In this document: positions 1-7,914 of the stretch, piece after piece | Position numbering within the stretch: the first letter of the stretch is position 1 | Layout: each line of letters opens with the position of its first letter | IMG/VR virus record: IMGVR_UViG_3300037423_002659 | Coordinates: 1 to 37,468 of that record | From: a virus | Lineage: Duplodnaviria; Caudoviricetes | DNA: 37,468 nucleotides | Strand: one strand, 5' to 3' | Notes under the pieces: generated by a model | Told to the model about the DNA's origin: nothing | Database searches by the model: none | What the model saw: the letters and a program-made list of their open reading frames with translations, nothing else | Made by a program: the position numbers and the translations under genes

Positions 1-1197
1 CTACTGAGCATCTGTCACCCCGAACGTCTTGTTCATGAGTGCGGCTTTGCTCGCTGCGCCTGGCTTGCAATACACACGCTGGTAGACCGCAAGGGTCATA
101 TCCAGAATCTCACATGCGACCATGGGAGGCCAGCCTTCCTCGCCAGTAATCGTCGCAAACGTGTGCCTCAGGTCATGGAAGCGCGCTTCGTATTTCGCCG
201 CCTCGGAAATGCCAGCGATGCGCTTCACCTTCCGCCACACCTTGTCGAAGATTTGGCTCGAGATATGGTTCGCCGGATCGGATGGCATCGGAAAGACCCA
301 TTCGGATTCGAGGTGTGACCCCAGGAAGAGCTGCTCATTCATGGCCTCGATGACCTCAGGGACCATGGGAACCTCGCGCCACTTGTGGTTCTTAAACGAC
401 CAGACGTGCATGACCTTCTTTTTGAAATCGACTTTCTCGCGTCTTAGCGCCAGCACTTCCTTCTTTCGCATCCCGCATCTGAGGCCAAGCAAGACCCCAA
501 GCCTTGCCCTTGAGACCAGGATCCGGCGCTGAAGAGTGATCTTCTCGGGTGGATAGAATGACTGGTATGCGACAAGCATTGCTGACTGCTCTTCAGGTGA
601 ATACACCCGGCCTGGCTTCTTGAATTTCTTGTTCTTTCGAATGATCTCGGGAAGGTCCGAGAGTTTTGAAAGGTCCGGCTCTTCGCGAATGTATTTGTGC
701 GCGAAAAGGTGGCGGCTGATCATCCCGATATAACGAATGGTTTGCTCTGGAAGTCTCTTCGGATGCGTTTCGAGATACCACGACTTAAAAGCGAGGATAC
801 CTTCGGTTGTCCACTGGCTTGCTGTTCGATCGCCCCAGAACGGCTCAATTCCATGCCGCCAGTTTTTATGGTACACCGCCTGGGTGCTCTTTTCCTTGCC
901 TGGAAATTTCTCTTCCAGCAGTTCAGGCCAAACATCTCTGATCAGCGGATTGGTGACGCCTTTCTTTATCCTCTTGATCGCCGTCTCTGACTTGCCGGAA
1001 CGGCGCTTTTCAAGTTCCACTTCGACGAATGAAATCGCCTTGGAAATCTGAGTCAGACCCGTCGGAATTTTGATGGTCTCGCCGTTTACAGTCCGCCGGT
1101 ACGTGATCTTTTTGTTGATCGGATTGACGTAGTAATGCGGATGCTTCTCGAGCCTGACAAGATCTTGAAACGTTGGCTTCCGTTCCGGCTTGGACAT
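1..1197 (-). CDS. int: Tyrosine recombinase / phage integrase
   Basis: GMRKKEVLAL (catalytic R), HDLRHTFAT (HxxR), C-terminal Tyr in RVY; 398 aa; adjacent to an excisionase-like gene. Confidence 0.92.
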   Translation of the reverse strand: MSKPERKPTFQDLVRLEKHPHYYVNPINKKITYRRTVNGETIKIPTGLTQISKAISFVEVELEKRRSGKSETAIKRIKKGVTNPLIRDVWPELLEEKFPGKEKSTQAVYHKNWRHGIEPFWGDRTASQWTTEGILAFKSWYLETHPKRLPEQTIRYIGMISRHLFAHKYIREEPDLSKLSDLPEIIRKNKKFKKPGRVYSPEEQSAMLVAYQSFYPPEKITLQRRILVSRARLGVLLGLRCGMRKKEVLALRREKVDFKKKVMHVWSFKNHKWREVPMVPEVIEAMNEQLFLGSHLESEWVFPMPSDPANHISSQIFDKVWRKVKRIAGISEAAKYEARFHDLRHTFATITGEEGWPPMVACEILDMTLAVYQRVYCKPGAASKAALMNKTFGVTDAQ

Positions 1198-1199
1198 GA

Positions 1200-1391
1200 T
1201 TAATCCTCAACACGCCTTTGCTCTGCCCAGCGATCGAACTCCGAGATTTTCACTTTCACCAGGCGGCCGAATTTGTAGTACGGCAAACCATACTTTTCCT
1301 TGGCACGCCTCAAATATGAAAACTTTAGCCCAGTCAGGCTCGCCAGCTCCTCAAGCGAAACAAACGTGTCCTTCAGTTTTGGCTCTCCCAT
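1200..1391 (-). CDS. Excisionase-like winged-HTH DNA-binding protein (63 aa from MGEPKL)
   Basis: VSLEELASLTG...LPYYKFGRLVKVKISEFDRW resembles the HTH_17/Xis pattern; purine-rich RBS before ATG 1391; directly upstream of int. Confidence 0.8.
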   Translation of the reverse strand: MGEPKLKDTFVSLEELASLTGLKFSYLRRAKEKYGLPYYKFGRLVKVKISEFDRWAEQRRVED

Positions 1392-1413
1392 GATGCCCCC
1401 CTCTCCCTCGCAC

Positions 1414-1656
1414 TCAGCAGTTGATCTCTTCGAGCAGCCGCGCCTGATAGTCACGCACCGACAAGCGAACCAATTTCACCAGCGGAACTTGATACATCTT
1501 CGACAACTCAAGAAAGTGCTCTGGCGGAACACCAACTTGGTGACGCTCCCAATTCGAAACGAATTGCGGAGTGCTGAAGCCAAGAGCTTTTGCCACGTCT
1601 CGCTGGCTCAATCCTGCTTTCAATCGCGCTGCCTTCAAATACTGATTCAACCTCAT
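1414..1656 (-). CDS. XRE-family HTH regulator (80 aa from MRLNQY)
   Basis: LKAARLKAGLSQRDVAKALGFSTPQFVSNWER is a typical HTH_3 motif. Confidence 0.85.
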   Translation of the reverse strand: MRLNQYLKAARLKAGLSQRDVAKALGFSTPQFVSNWERHQVGVPPEHFLELSKMYQVPLVKLVRLSVRDYQARLLEEINC

Positions 1657-1688
1657 CTTCCCCACCCTTTCTCTGCGGCTAATTACCG

Positions 1689-1775
1689 CCGCCTCAAGTG
1701 AACCACTCCGACCGATGGGATTCGAACCCATGGTTTCCTCGGCTAGTACGCAAGCCGAAGTGATTCATTTCAAGC
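1689..1775 (-). ncRNA. Long-stem structured RNA motif, copy 1
   Basis: GCTTGAAA-TGAATCACTTCGG...TCGGAGTGGTTCA-CTTGAGGCGG; encloses a T-loop hairpin ATGGG-TTCGAAT-CCCAT. Confidence 0.65.
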
Positions 1776-1856
1776 CAGCCTACCGAGCCCCATGCTCGAC
1801 AGACAGACGCGCCAGCTTCACTCAGGAGGCCCCGCCGAAACGAAGCTCGCGGTTCT

Positions 1857-2147
1857 TTAGTAGCCGTCGCCGTTGCCGTCGCCGTCGCCGTAGCCGTTGC
1901 CGTTGCCGTAGCCGTTGCCGTAGCCATCGCCATCGCCGTAGCCGTAGCCGTTGCCGTAGCCGTTGCCGTCGCTGTCGCCGTTGGCGTAGCCGTTGCCGTC
2001 GCCGTCGCCGTAGCCGTTGCCGTAGCCGTTGCCGTAGCCGTTGCCGTAGCCGTTGCCGTAGCCGTTGCCGTCGCCGTTGCCATAGCCGTTGCCGTGCACG
2101 GCCTGACATTTATCTCCCAGTGAGCCGATCAGAGATACTTTTCCCAT
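1857..2147 (-). CDS. Gly-rich (GNGY/GDG repeat) small phage protein
   Basis: GNGYGNG repeats; start overlaps the end of the upstream gene, an arrangement common for this pair in phages. Confidence 0.7.
   Translation of the reverse strand: MGKVSLIGSLGDKCQAVHGNGYGNGDGNGYGNGYGNGYGNGYGNGYGDGDGNGYANGDSDGNGYGNGYGYGDGDGYGNGYGNGNGYGDGDGNGDGY
1862..2095. repeat. Tandem 6/12-nt repeat (CCGTTG/CCGTAG/CCGTCG)
   Basis: Directly visible; it encodes the Gly-rich repeat. Confidence 0.9.
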
Positions 2148-2434
2148 TTGTCTTCCTTCGCATCGATCGACGTCACTACAGTCAGCGGATGGAATCTCAC
2201 CACTCCAGATTCATCGAGCTTTGTTGAAGAGGTGGGTCCGTTGACAAGTTCCGCCAACCCTTTAGTCGTACCCCAGACGCGAATGCATTTCGCATTATCG
2301 AGGCGATGTTCATCTTCCGCTGCCTTTACATAACGTCCGATAAATACCCATCCTCGCTGAAGTACGACAATACGCACGTCGCTTGATTTCTGTACCGGCT
2401 GATATTCAACTCCGTTGATAGTTACGATGCTCAT
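2129..2434 (-). CDS. Conserved phage hypothetical protein (DUF6948-like, 101 aa from MSIVTI)
   Basis: IVVLQRGWVFIG...AKCIRVWGTTKGLAELVNGP motif; precedes the Gly-rich gene; RBS GGAAAGGG. Confidence 0.7.
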   Translation of the reverse strand: MSIVTINGVEYQPVQKSSDVRIVVLQRGWVFIGRYVKAAEDEHRLDNAKCIRVWGTTKGLAELVNGPTSSTKLDESGVVRFHPLTVVTSIDAKEDKWEKYL

Positions 2435-2452
2435 ATTTCCCTTTCCGAGGCC

Positions 2453-2551
2453 CCGCCTCAAGTGAACCACTCTCGATCACCCACTTTCCCCAGGGTTATC
2501 TCACCGAGCGCCGGGCCGCCTATCTCGGTCCGAGAGTGATTCATTTCAAGC
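2453..2551 (-). ncRNA. Long-stem structured RNA motif, copy 2
   Basis: GCTTGAAA-TGAATCACTCTCG...CGAGAGTGGTTCA-CTTGAGGCGG. Confidence 0.65.
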
Positions 2552-2573
2552 GGTCCGTAACGTGGACCAGTCG

Positions 2574-2780
2574 TGAAGCGGGCCGGGCGCGACTCCGGCA
2601 ACAGTTATCCCGGTGAGCGAGTAACTAGCGGGGCAGGTCCAACTCCCTGGCGTGTGATCAGCGCAACCCGACCCTCACAGCTTTTATCTTGTTACCCCTT
2701 GCTGCGTGTCTCCAGTGGTGGCACGAATCGAACGTGCATTATGCAAACCTGCCTAGCCACAGCTTCCACGCCTCCGCCTC
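2574..2780 (-). ncRNA. Expanded tRNA-like element
   Basis: 7-bp acceptor-like stem GAGGCGG/CCGCTTC+A, T-arm-like GCCGG-AGTCGCGC-CCGGC, D-like stem GCGTG/CACGC, nested T-arm GCACG-TTCGATT-CGTGC; no normal anticodon arm. Confidence 0.55.
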
Positions 2781-2856
2781 AAGCCTGCCATCCCCGATCT
2801 TCACTCAACTCAACCAACGAGCCGAGCGCCCTTGTTAGAGATGGCAGGATTCAAGC
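2774..2856 (-). ncRNA. Long-stem structured RNA motif, copy 3
   Basis: GCTTGAAT-CCTGCCATCTCT...GGGGATGGCAGG-CTTGAGGCGG; same flanks with a completely different but still pairing stem. Confidence 0.65.
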
Positions 2857-2864
2857 GCCGGAGA

Positions 2865-3047
2865 TCACATCCCTGGCTTTGTGAGAAGCGCAATGAGAGT
2901 CATCGCATGACCGAGAAAGAGACCGATCAAGAAGGCAGCAAGCCACCAGTCGTTCGCCTGCTGCCTCACGATCTTGACCGGATACGGTCGCTTGCGGATT
3001 TCTCCATTCTCGGCCATGAGAACATCGGAAATCTTCACCGCGCTCAT
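2865..3047 (-). CDS. Small membrane protein
   Basis: 60 aa with hydrophobic C-terminus; ATGA-type coupling to the upstream gene. Confidence 0.6.
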   Translation of the reverse strand: MSAVKISDVLMAENGEIRKRPYPVKIVRQQANDWWLAAFLIGLFLGHAMTLIALLTKPGM

Positions 3048-3292
3048 GCCGTCTCTCGCTCCTCAACCGGCTTGAGGCCAACCTCACGAGCGGCAAACAT
3101 TTCTTCAAGCATCCGCTCCGCACTCCACGCCGAATCTTTAATTGTTAAAATCGATTCAAACGAAAATCCGCCCTTGATCATGTGATGAAGCGCCATCGCG
3201 TTCGATTGAAGGATCAAATCAGGAATGTCGGTCTTCGTCGAAGTCTCGCTCGGCCTAAACACGAGGTAGAAATGCTTTTCTGAGTAGCTCAC
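3044..3292 (-). CDS. Hypothetical protein
   Basis: GTG start overlapping the upstream stop (GTGA); operon context. Confidence 0.55.
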   Translation of the reverse strand: MSYSEKHFYLVFRPSETSTKTDIPDLILQSNAMALHHMIKGGFSFESILTIKDSAWSAERMLEEMFAAREVGLKPVEERETA

Positions 3293-3576
3293 ATTGCCTC
3301 CGCTTTCCGGCAAAGCTCATCCTCAACCCGGAGCTTCGCCATTTTGAATTCATCTTCGGTCTCACGTGCTTCAGCAATCCGCATCGCCTCACGCATGAGG
3401 TACTGCTCTCCGATGAGTTGCTCGAGCACCCGGAACATTGACCGAGGGACAAACACCCCGTTGATCCAGGCAGCCATTATCGTCCCACTCTCAGTGACCT
3501 CGAGTTCGAGCAATCGGCCGACAAACGATTCATCCTCGGTCGCGGTCATTCTGAACGCGAGTTCGATGGTGCTCAC
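3289..3576 (-). CDS. Hypothetical protein
   Basis: Coupled to the ERF stop; RBS GGAGG. Confidence 0.6.
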   Translation of the reverse strand: MSTIELAFRMTATEDESFVGRLLELEVTESGTIMAAWINGVFVPRSMFRVLEQLIGEQYLMREAMRIAEARETEDEFKMAKLRVEDELCRKAEAM

Positions 3577-4313
3577 GCATTGCCTCCGCTGGCGAGGTCA
3601 AAAGACTGATCGTCAAACTCGCCGACTTCGAAATCGTGGCTTGGTTCGATTACCGATGGCTTGCCTTGAGGAGTCTTGACGGCAAGCTCGGCCTTCTTAA
3701 GAAGCTCGCGGTCCTCTTCCGACGGATTCTTCTTCGTGTTCTTTAGGAAGCCGATCAATCGCGAGACGCCCGAGGTACCGAGTTCTCGAAGAGATTTGCC
3801 AGCATCCGGCGACCGCCAGTGCGACGGTATCCGCGTGTCCCATGGATCGAGGGAGTTCACGGATGCAGACGCCTGACTCTTTTGCGCCGTCGGCTGGTTC
3901 TTCGGTGTCGGCGCGCTCGCTGAGTTCCCATCGTCGTCTTCTTGAGTGATGTTTGCGATCGCGGCTTGTGCGTAGCGCCGCGAATATGTCAGTCCGCTGC
4001 CCATGCCTTGGCTGTCTTTCCGTGCCACGAGAACCGGCGTGTATGAGCGAAACCACTGGCCCGACGAGTGAGTGAGAGTTGTCACCAGAATCAACTCAGC
4101 ACCTAGCGGGATTGTGCTTTGGACAATCGAAAGATCATTCTTCGCAAACGTCTCGCGTGTGGCATTGATGATCGACGCAAGCGAAGCGAAGTTTGAATTG
4201 AAGTGAGGGTTCACCGAGTCCTTCGCTGCATTTTCAATTTCGCTGTGAGCTTTAGCTAGGGCCTTTGAAATTTCCTTCGTGTCGTCGGACTGGAGTTTGA
4301 AGTCAATCGTCAT
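3573..4313 (-). CDS. erf: ERF-family ssDNA-annealing protein
   Basis: KDSVNPHFNSNFASL...HSSGQW...QGMGSGLTYSRRYA...EDDDGN signature. Confidence 0.9.
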   Translation of the reverse strand: MTIDFKLQSDDTKEISKALAKAHSEIENAAKDSVNPHFNSNFASLASIINATRETFAKNDLSIVQSTIPLGAELILVTTLTHSSGQWFRSYTPVLVARKDSQGMGSGLTYSRRYAQAAIANITQEDDDGNSASAPTPKNQPTAQKSQASASVNSLDPWDTRIPSHWRSPDAGKSLRELGTSGVSRLIGFLKNTKKNPSEEDRELLKKAELAVKTPQGKPSVIEPSHDFEVGEFDDQSFDLASGGNA

Positions 4314-4846
4314 GAGCCCACCACCTTCTTCGCCGAGGTGTTGATCTTGCGAGCGACGCGAACTCCGCGCTCCATCTTCGCGCCAGGGACTTCCTGACCG
4401 GCTTTGAGATCCTCGAGAAGCATTTTCTTGTCGAGAGTGGTCTTCACTTCTGAGACGAAGTAGGAGCCCGGGATCATCTTTTCATTTTCGACGACGGCCC
4501 TGGGCGGGTTCTGCATGAGAACGAAGCGAGTCTCATCGCCCGCGATTTCCTTCACACCAAGTGCGCTCATCGCCCACTTGACCCGTTCGCTGAGAGAGTC
4601 TGACGCCTTCTCAATTGAGCTGAGAGCAGCTTTGTACGCCTCTATGCGGGCCTTTAGAAACTCAGCTCTCGCATCGAGTTCGGCCTGGACGTAGCCGTAG
4701 CGATCAGCCGTTGCGCTCAGGGCCGCGGCATTGAGGTTTTGAGCAAGCTCCAGTTCAGGCGGAAGCTCGCCGTCCATTTCCATAATGGCCTGAACGATTG
4801 ATGTAGCTTCTTTGATGATGGCCGGAAGTGTTTTTGATTCGCTCAT
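4310..4846 (-). CDS. Siphovirus Gp157-family protein
   Basis: Coiled-coil N-terminus then NPPRAVVENEKMIP...LDKKMLLEDLKAGQEVPGA; next to ERF. Confidence 0.85.
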   Translation of the reverse strand: MSESKTLPAIIKEATSIVQAIMEMDGELPPELELAQNLNAAALSATADRYGYVQAELDARAEFLKARIEAYKAALSSIEKASDSLSERVKWAMSALGVKEIAGDETRFVLMQNPPRAVVENEKMIPGSYFVSEVKTTLDKKMLLEDLKAGQEVPGAKMERGVRVARKINTSAKKVVGS

Positions 4847-4943
4847 TTTCACCTCTCCGTGAATTCGTTTCTAAGACAAAGCTCCGCCGTTCACATCGCG
4901 ACGGCAATGCGTTAAACAAACTCGATTGAACCTGTTTCCAATG

Positions 4944-5192
4944 TCAGGACGCTTTGCCGCTCTCGCTGACGATCGGGAACAGTTCGTCTTCGCTTAGGCC
5001 GGTCGCAGTGCAGAGGGCGGCTCTTGTCAGCTTGCGGGGTGAGCTCTGGTACGAGCCCTGAGTAATTTTCGCGATCGTGTGAATCGACAACCCGGACTCA
5101 AGGAGTGCTGTCATGCCCTCAGCTCCACGCTTCGTGAGCCATCGATTCAAGCGGTCGAGATCTGTCCTGCGAATATGGTTTTTCCTAATCAT
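4944..5192 (-). CDS. Cro-like HTH regulator, first gene of the early leftward operon
   Basis: HTH-like ESGLSIHTIAKITQG; divergent from the repressor with operators between; start uncertain. Confidence 0.65.
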   Translation of the reverse strand: MIRKNHIRRTDLDRLNRWLTKRGAEGMTALLESGLSIHTIAKITQGSYQSSPRKLTRAALCTATGLSEDELFPIVSESGKAS

Positions 5193-5207
5193 AGATGGAG
5201 ATGAATT

Positions 5208-5274
5208 TACGGGTTTCCGTATTTTTATCAACAACATTTTTACGGAATACCGGAAGGACCTACGGAATGCCGTA
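5208..5274. promoter_or_regulatory. Three operator palindromes TACGG-N4-CCG(T/G)A
   Basis: TACGGGTTTCCGTA 5208-5221, TACGGAATACCGGA 5241-5254, TACGGAATGCCGTA 5261-5274 between divergent HTH genes. Confidence 0.85.
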
Positions 5275-5297
5275 GGCTATCTTGGTAACCATTGAAA

Positions 5298-5747
5298 ATG
5301 TCGGGCAAAAAGAAAAAAACCATTCTTGCAGAAAACGTTTCACGCCTCCGCAAACAAAAGGGGTGGACGGCGGAAGTGTTGGCTGAAAAGGCGGGCATTC
5401 CCTACCCAACGCTTCGAGACATCGAGGCAGGCATTTCAAATGGACGCGCGAACACTGTTTTGAATATCGCAAGCGCGCTTGGCATTGATGCCAATCAACT
5501 TCGGTGGGATAGCCGAAAAGGCCAGCTCCCCAACCAATTCGAACACCGGAAAGCATTTCCTCTCAGCGATCGAGTCGTCTACGAGGGACCTACGGCCGCC
5601 GATGTCGCCGAGATCGTAAAGCAACTGATATTGGTATCACCTGCGCGACGTGCCCTGATTCTTGCGGTACTTTTTGAAGAACCCTCTCTTCTTGACGGTT
5701 TCCCTGATCTTGAGCCGTTCCTTCAAGCCGTCCCAGGCGTCCCCTAA
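5298..5747 (+). CDS. CI-like XRE repressor
   Basis: LAENVSRLRKQKGWTAEVLAEKAGIPYPTLRDIEAG HTH; divergent orientation; no S24 peptidase domain recognised. Confidence 0.8.
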   Translation: MSGKKKKTILAENVSRLRKQKGWTAEVLAEKAGIPYPTLRDIEAGISNGRANTVLNIASALGIDANQLRWDSRKGQLPNQFEHRKAFPLSDRVVYEGPTAADVAEIVKQLILVSPARRALILAVLFEEPSLLDGFPDLEPFLQAVPGVP

Positions 5748-5941
5748 TCAGCTCATACAGCGTCTTCATCAATAATCACCTCGATGCCCATATTGCCTTT
5801 AGGTTCCAGACCTGTCGGGCAGTTCAAGTGATTACTCAAGTACACTCAAGTGTCCTGCATAAATCGATTAAGTTTATGTAGACGAATCAGTCTTGTGATC
5901 TTGAAGCTTTAATTGGATACAAAATTGAGATGAATTTTCAA

Positions 5942-6172
5942 TTAAGACCTTGAAAGACGGCGTTGAACCCTTCTGACCAACTCGGGTGCAGGAATCTTCA
6001 ATGCTTCAGCGAGGTCGAGAACTGTCTGAAGCGATGGCTTCCGTCTACCTGTTTCAAGAAATGTAATGAAGGTCCGATTGTACCCCGAGCGCTCCGCAAG
6101 TTCGTTTTGCGAAATGCCAGCATCGAATCTGAGCTGCTTAAGGACCAATCCAAACGCTTGAGCCGTCGTCAT
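5942..6172 (-). CDS. Small XRE HTH regulator (controller-protein-like)
   Basis: FGLVLKQLRFDAGISQNELAERSGYNRTFITFLETGRRKPSL. Confidence 0.85.
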   Translation of the reverse strand: MTTAQAFGLVLKQLRFDAGISQNELAERSGYNRTFITFLETGRRKPSLQTVLDLAEALKIPAPELVRRVQRRLSRS

Positions 6173-6193
6173 CTTCCAAGCGTAGGTGCCTGA

Positions 6194-6220
6194 TTACTTT
6201 AGTACGACTTACTAAAGTAA
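6194..6220. promoter_or_regulatory. Perfect 11-bp inverted repeat, putative autoregulatory operator
   Basis: TTACTTTAGTA-CGACT-TACTAAAGTAA about 20 bp upstream of the HTH start. Confidence 0.7.
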
Positions 6221-6304
6221 ACATTTCCTCACACCTGCTGGGGAAAGAATTCTTAATTACAGGTCTCCGCAGAGTGGTCCGATGAGTGCGTAGGAGGCTT
6301 CAAC

Positions 6305-6682
6305 GTGAGATTCTTCCATCTAGTTGCCGTGTTACTGCTTGCCAGCTGCGCATCGAAGCCAACCTACAACTGCGATGAAGCATGCGCACTTCAAGGCATG
6401 TACTGCAGCGGTCAATCGATCGGCTCTTCGGTATCGACCACCTATGACAAGAACACATGGTGGGATCTCGGTCTCAGCTCATCCAGCGACAGTCGGACAT
6501 TCCACTGCGTGAAGGACGAATCGAAGGCTGAGAAAATCCGACAGGTGATAGCTGAAATGCAGAAACGCGAGCGATTGACCGAACTGCGGGAAAACTGCCT
6601 CGGTGTTGGTCTGTTCAATAACTACCGGTTTGAGCATCCGCAAGAATGCGCCATGATCCTTCCTGCGGGTGCTCAAAAATAG
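6305..6682 (+). CDS. Cys-rich lipoprotein (moron / superinfection-exclusion candidate)
   Basis: Lipobox LLLASC; RBS AGGAGG; opposite strand to lytic genes. Confidence 0.75.
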   Translation: MRFFHLVAVLLLASCASKPTYNCDEACALQGMYCSGQSIGSSVSTTYDKNTWWDLGLSSSSDSRTFHCVKDESKAEKIRQVIAEMQKRERLTELRENCLGVGLFNNYRFEHPQECAMILPAGAQK

Positions 6683-6684
6683 CT

Positions 6685-7911
6685 TCAGGCCTGGATATTG
6701 ATCGCGCCAACTTGCTCAAGGCGTTTGAACATTGCGGCGACACCGCATTGATCATCGATCGCAGCGGGATCAAACACGTGATCACGGATATACTTGCCTC
6801 GACGATGATGATTCGTCGTCGACCAAAGGTACGGCGAATTGCAGACCTCGCCATTCACATCGAGCTTGCCGTAGTAGCCCATACCGTTGAACTTCTCAGC
6901 GAAGTACAACACTTCCTCCAGCGACCAGCTTGCGCGCCCTGAGAGGCCATCGTATGCGAGGGCATCGAGCGCGCCATCTTCCCAGGTCTTGAAAGGGCCG
7001 CGGCCGGCCGGCACGTTTTTCGTCGGCTTCGATAGCGAATCGCCGTTTCCGAGGTAGGCATCCCAACGGAAGCTCGCCTCCATCGCATGAATCGCGCCGA
7101 TCAGAATCCAAGGTACGCCTGTCTTTGCTTGCATCGCCTCATAGCGCGAGCGCCCTTCGAGAAGTCGCTTCACGTACCAGTCGACGCGAGACAAGTTCTC
7201 GAGCTTTGCTGTCGAGTAAAGGTACGAGTAGCGCGGACGAAGCTCGCGGAATGTCTTCTTTCCGAAGTCAGGCAGCGCGCCTGGCGCCTTGTCCATTTTT
7301 AGGACGAGCAGAGCCGATGCATTGGCTGTTTGCTCCGTCTTCGTTGGATCTTTCGGCCAGCGAAAAATCACGCCCGCAATCGGAAAAGCGGTTTCATTTA
7401 CTTCGTCGCTCTGATTGCCGCCAACGCAGAAGACTTTGTCGCCGATGATGCGCGCGGCGAAGGTGACGTGATAGCCGCTCGCTGCAGCCTTCGACGGCAC
7501 GCAAGCGATACATCCAGGACGAAACGACGTGGCAACACCGAAGGATCTCCAGTTTGCGGCCCACGCCGGATCCTTGGGAAGATCCTCGCGCGCGATACCA
7601 GCATCGAGAAGCTTGCTGAAAGCATACACGCCACACCATGCGGTCGAGTCGTGCTGAAGGCTTGGCTCAAGCCCCGCGCGCTTTATCATCGCGACGATCG
7701 CCGGGTTGTCGCCTGAGCCTTGAACCTCCTTCATGCGGCCGATGTCGGCCTTAGCGAGCTCGAGCCATTTCGGCTCAGCGGGCGCAGGCGTCGCGGGTTG
7801 ATTCACATCAGGAGCAGGCGCTGGACCTGATTCAGATGGAGTTTTCGACTCGGCCTGGCTCTTCTTCAAGATTGAATCGAGCCAAGCGAGAAAGCGTTTG
7901 AAAATGTTCAT
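6685..7911 (-). CDS. Endolysin: TIGR02594/NlpC-P60-like peptidase plus lysozyme-like domain
   Basis: TAWCG...YHVTF...GGNQSD (Cys-His peptidase); IHAMEAS...LGNGD...EKFNGMGY...SPYLWS (COG5526-like lysozyme). Confidence 0.85.
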   Translation of the reverse strand: MNIFKRFLAWLDSILKKSQAESKTPSESGPAPAPDVNQPATPAPAEPKWLELAKADIGRMKEVQGSGDNPAIVAMIKRAGLEPSLQHDSTAWCGVYAFSKLLDAGIAREDLPKDPAWAANWRSFGVATSFRPGCIACVPSKAAASGYHVTFAARIIGDKVFCVGGNQSDEVNETAFPIAGVIFRWPKDPTKTEQTANASALLVLKMDKAPGALPDFGKKTFRELRPRYSYLYSTAKLENLSRVDWYVKRLLEGRSRYEAMQAKTGVPWILIGAIHAMEASFRWDAYLGNGDSLSKPTKNVPAGRGPFKTWEDGALDALAYDGLSGRASWSLEEVLYFAEKFNGMGYYGKLDVNGEVCNSPYLWSTTNHHRRGKYIRDHVFDPAAIDDQCGVAAMFKRLEQVGAINIQA

Positions 7912-7914
7912 TGA

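Noticed and set aside
1-60. att site at the window ends
   Set aside because: No terminal direct repeat visible; the window is cut at gene boundaries
1694-2227. Poly-AT, poly-RQRL and poly-RCRS ORFs
   Set aside because: Alternative frames of the Gly-rich tandem repeat; the GNGY frame has the coupled start
2574-2780. tmRNA or canonical tRNA
   Set aside because: No GGGG 5' end, no CCA, no tag ORF and no standard anticodon arm
1689-2856. CRISPR array interpretation of the repeated flanks
   Set aside because: Units are irregularly spaced, separated by genes, built from two different half-motifs, and no cas genes are present
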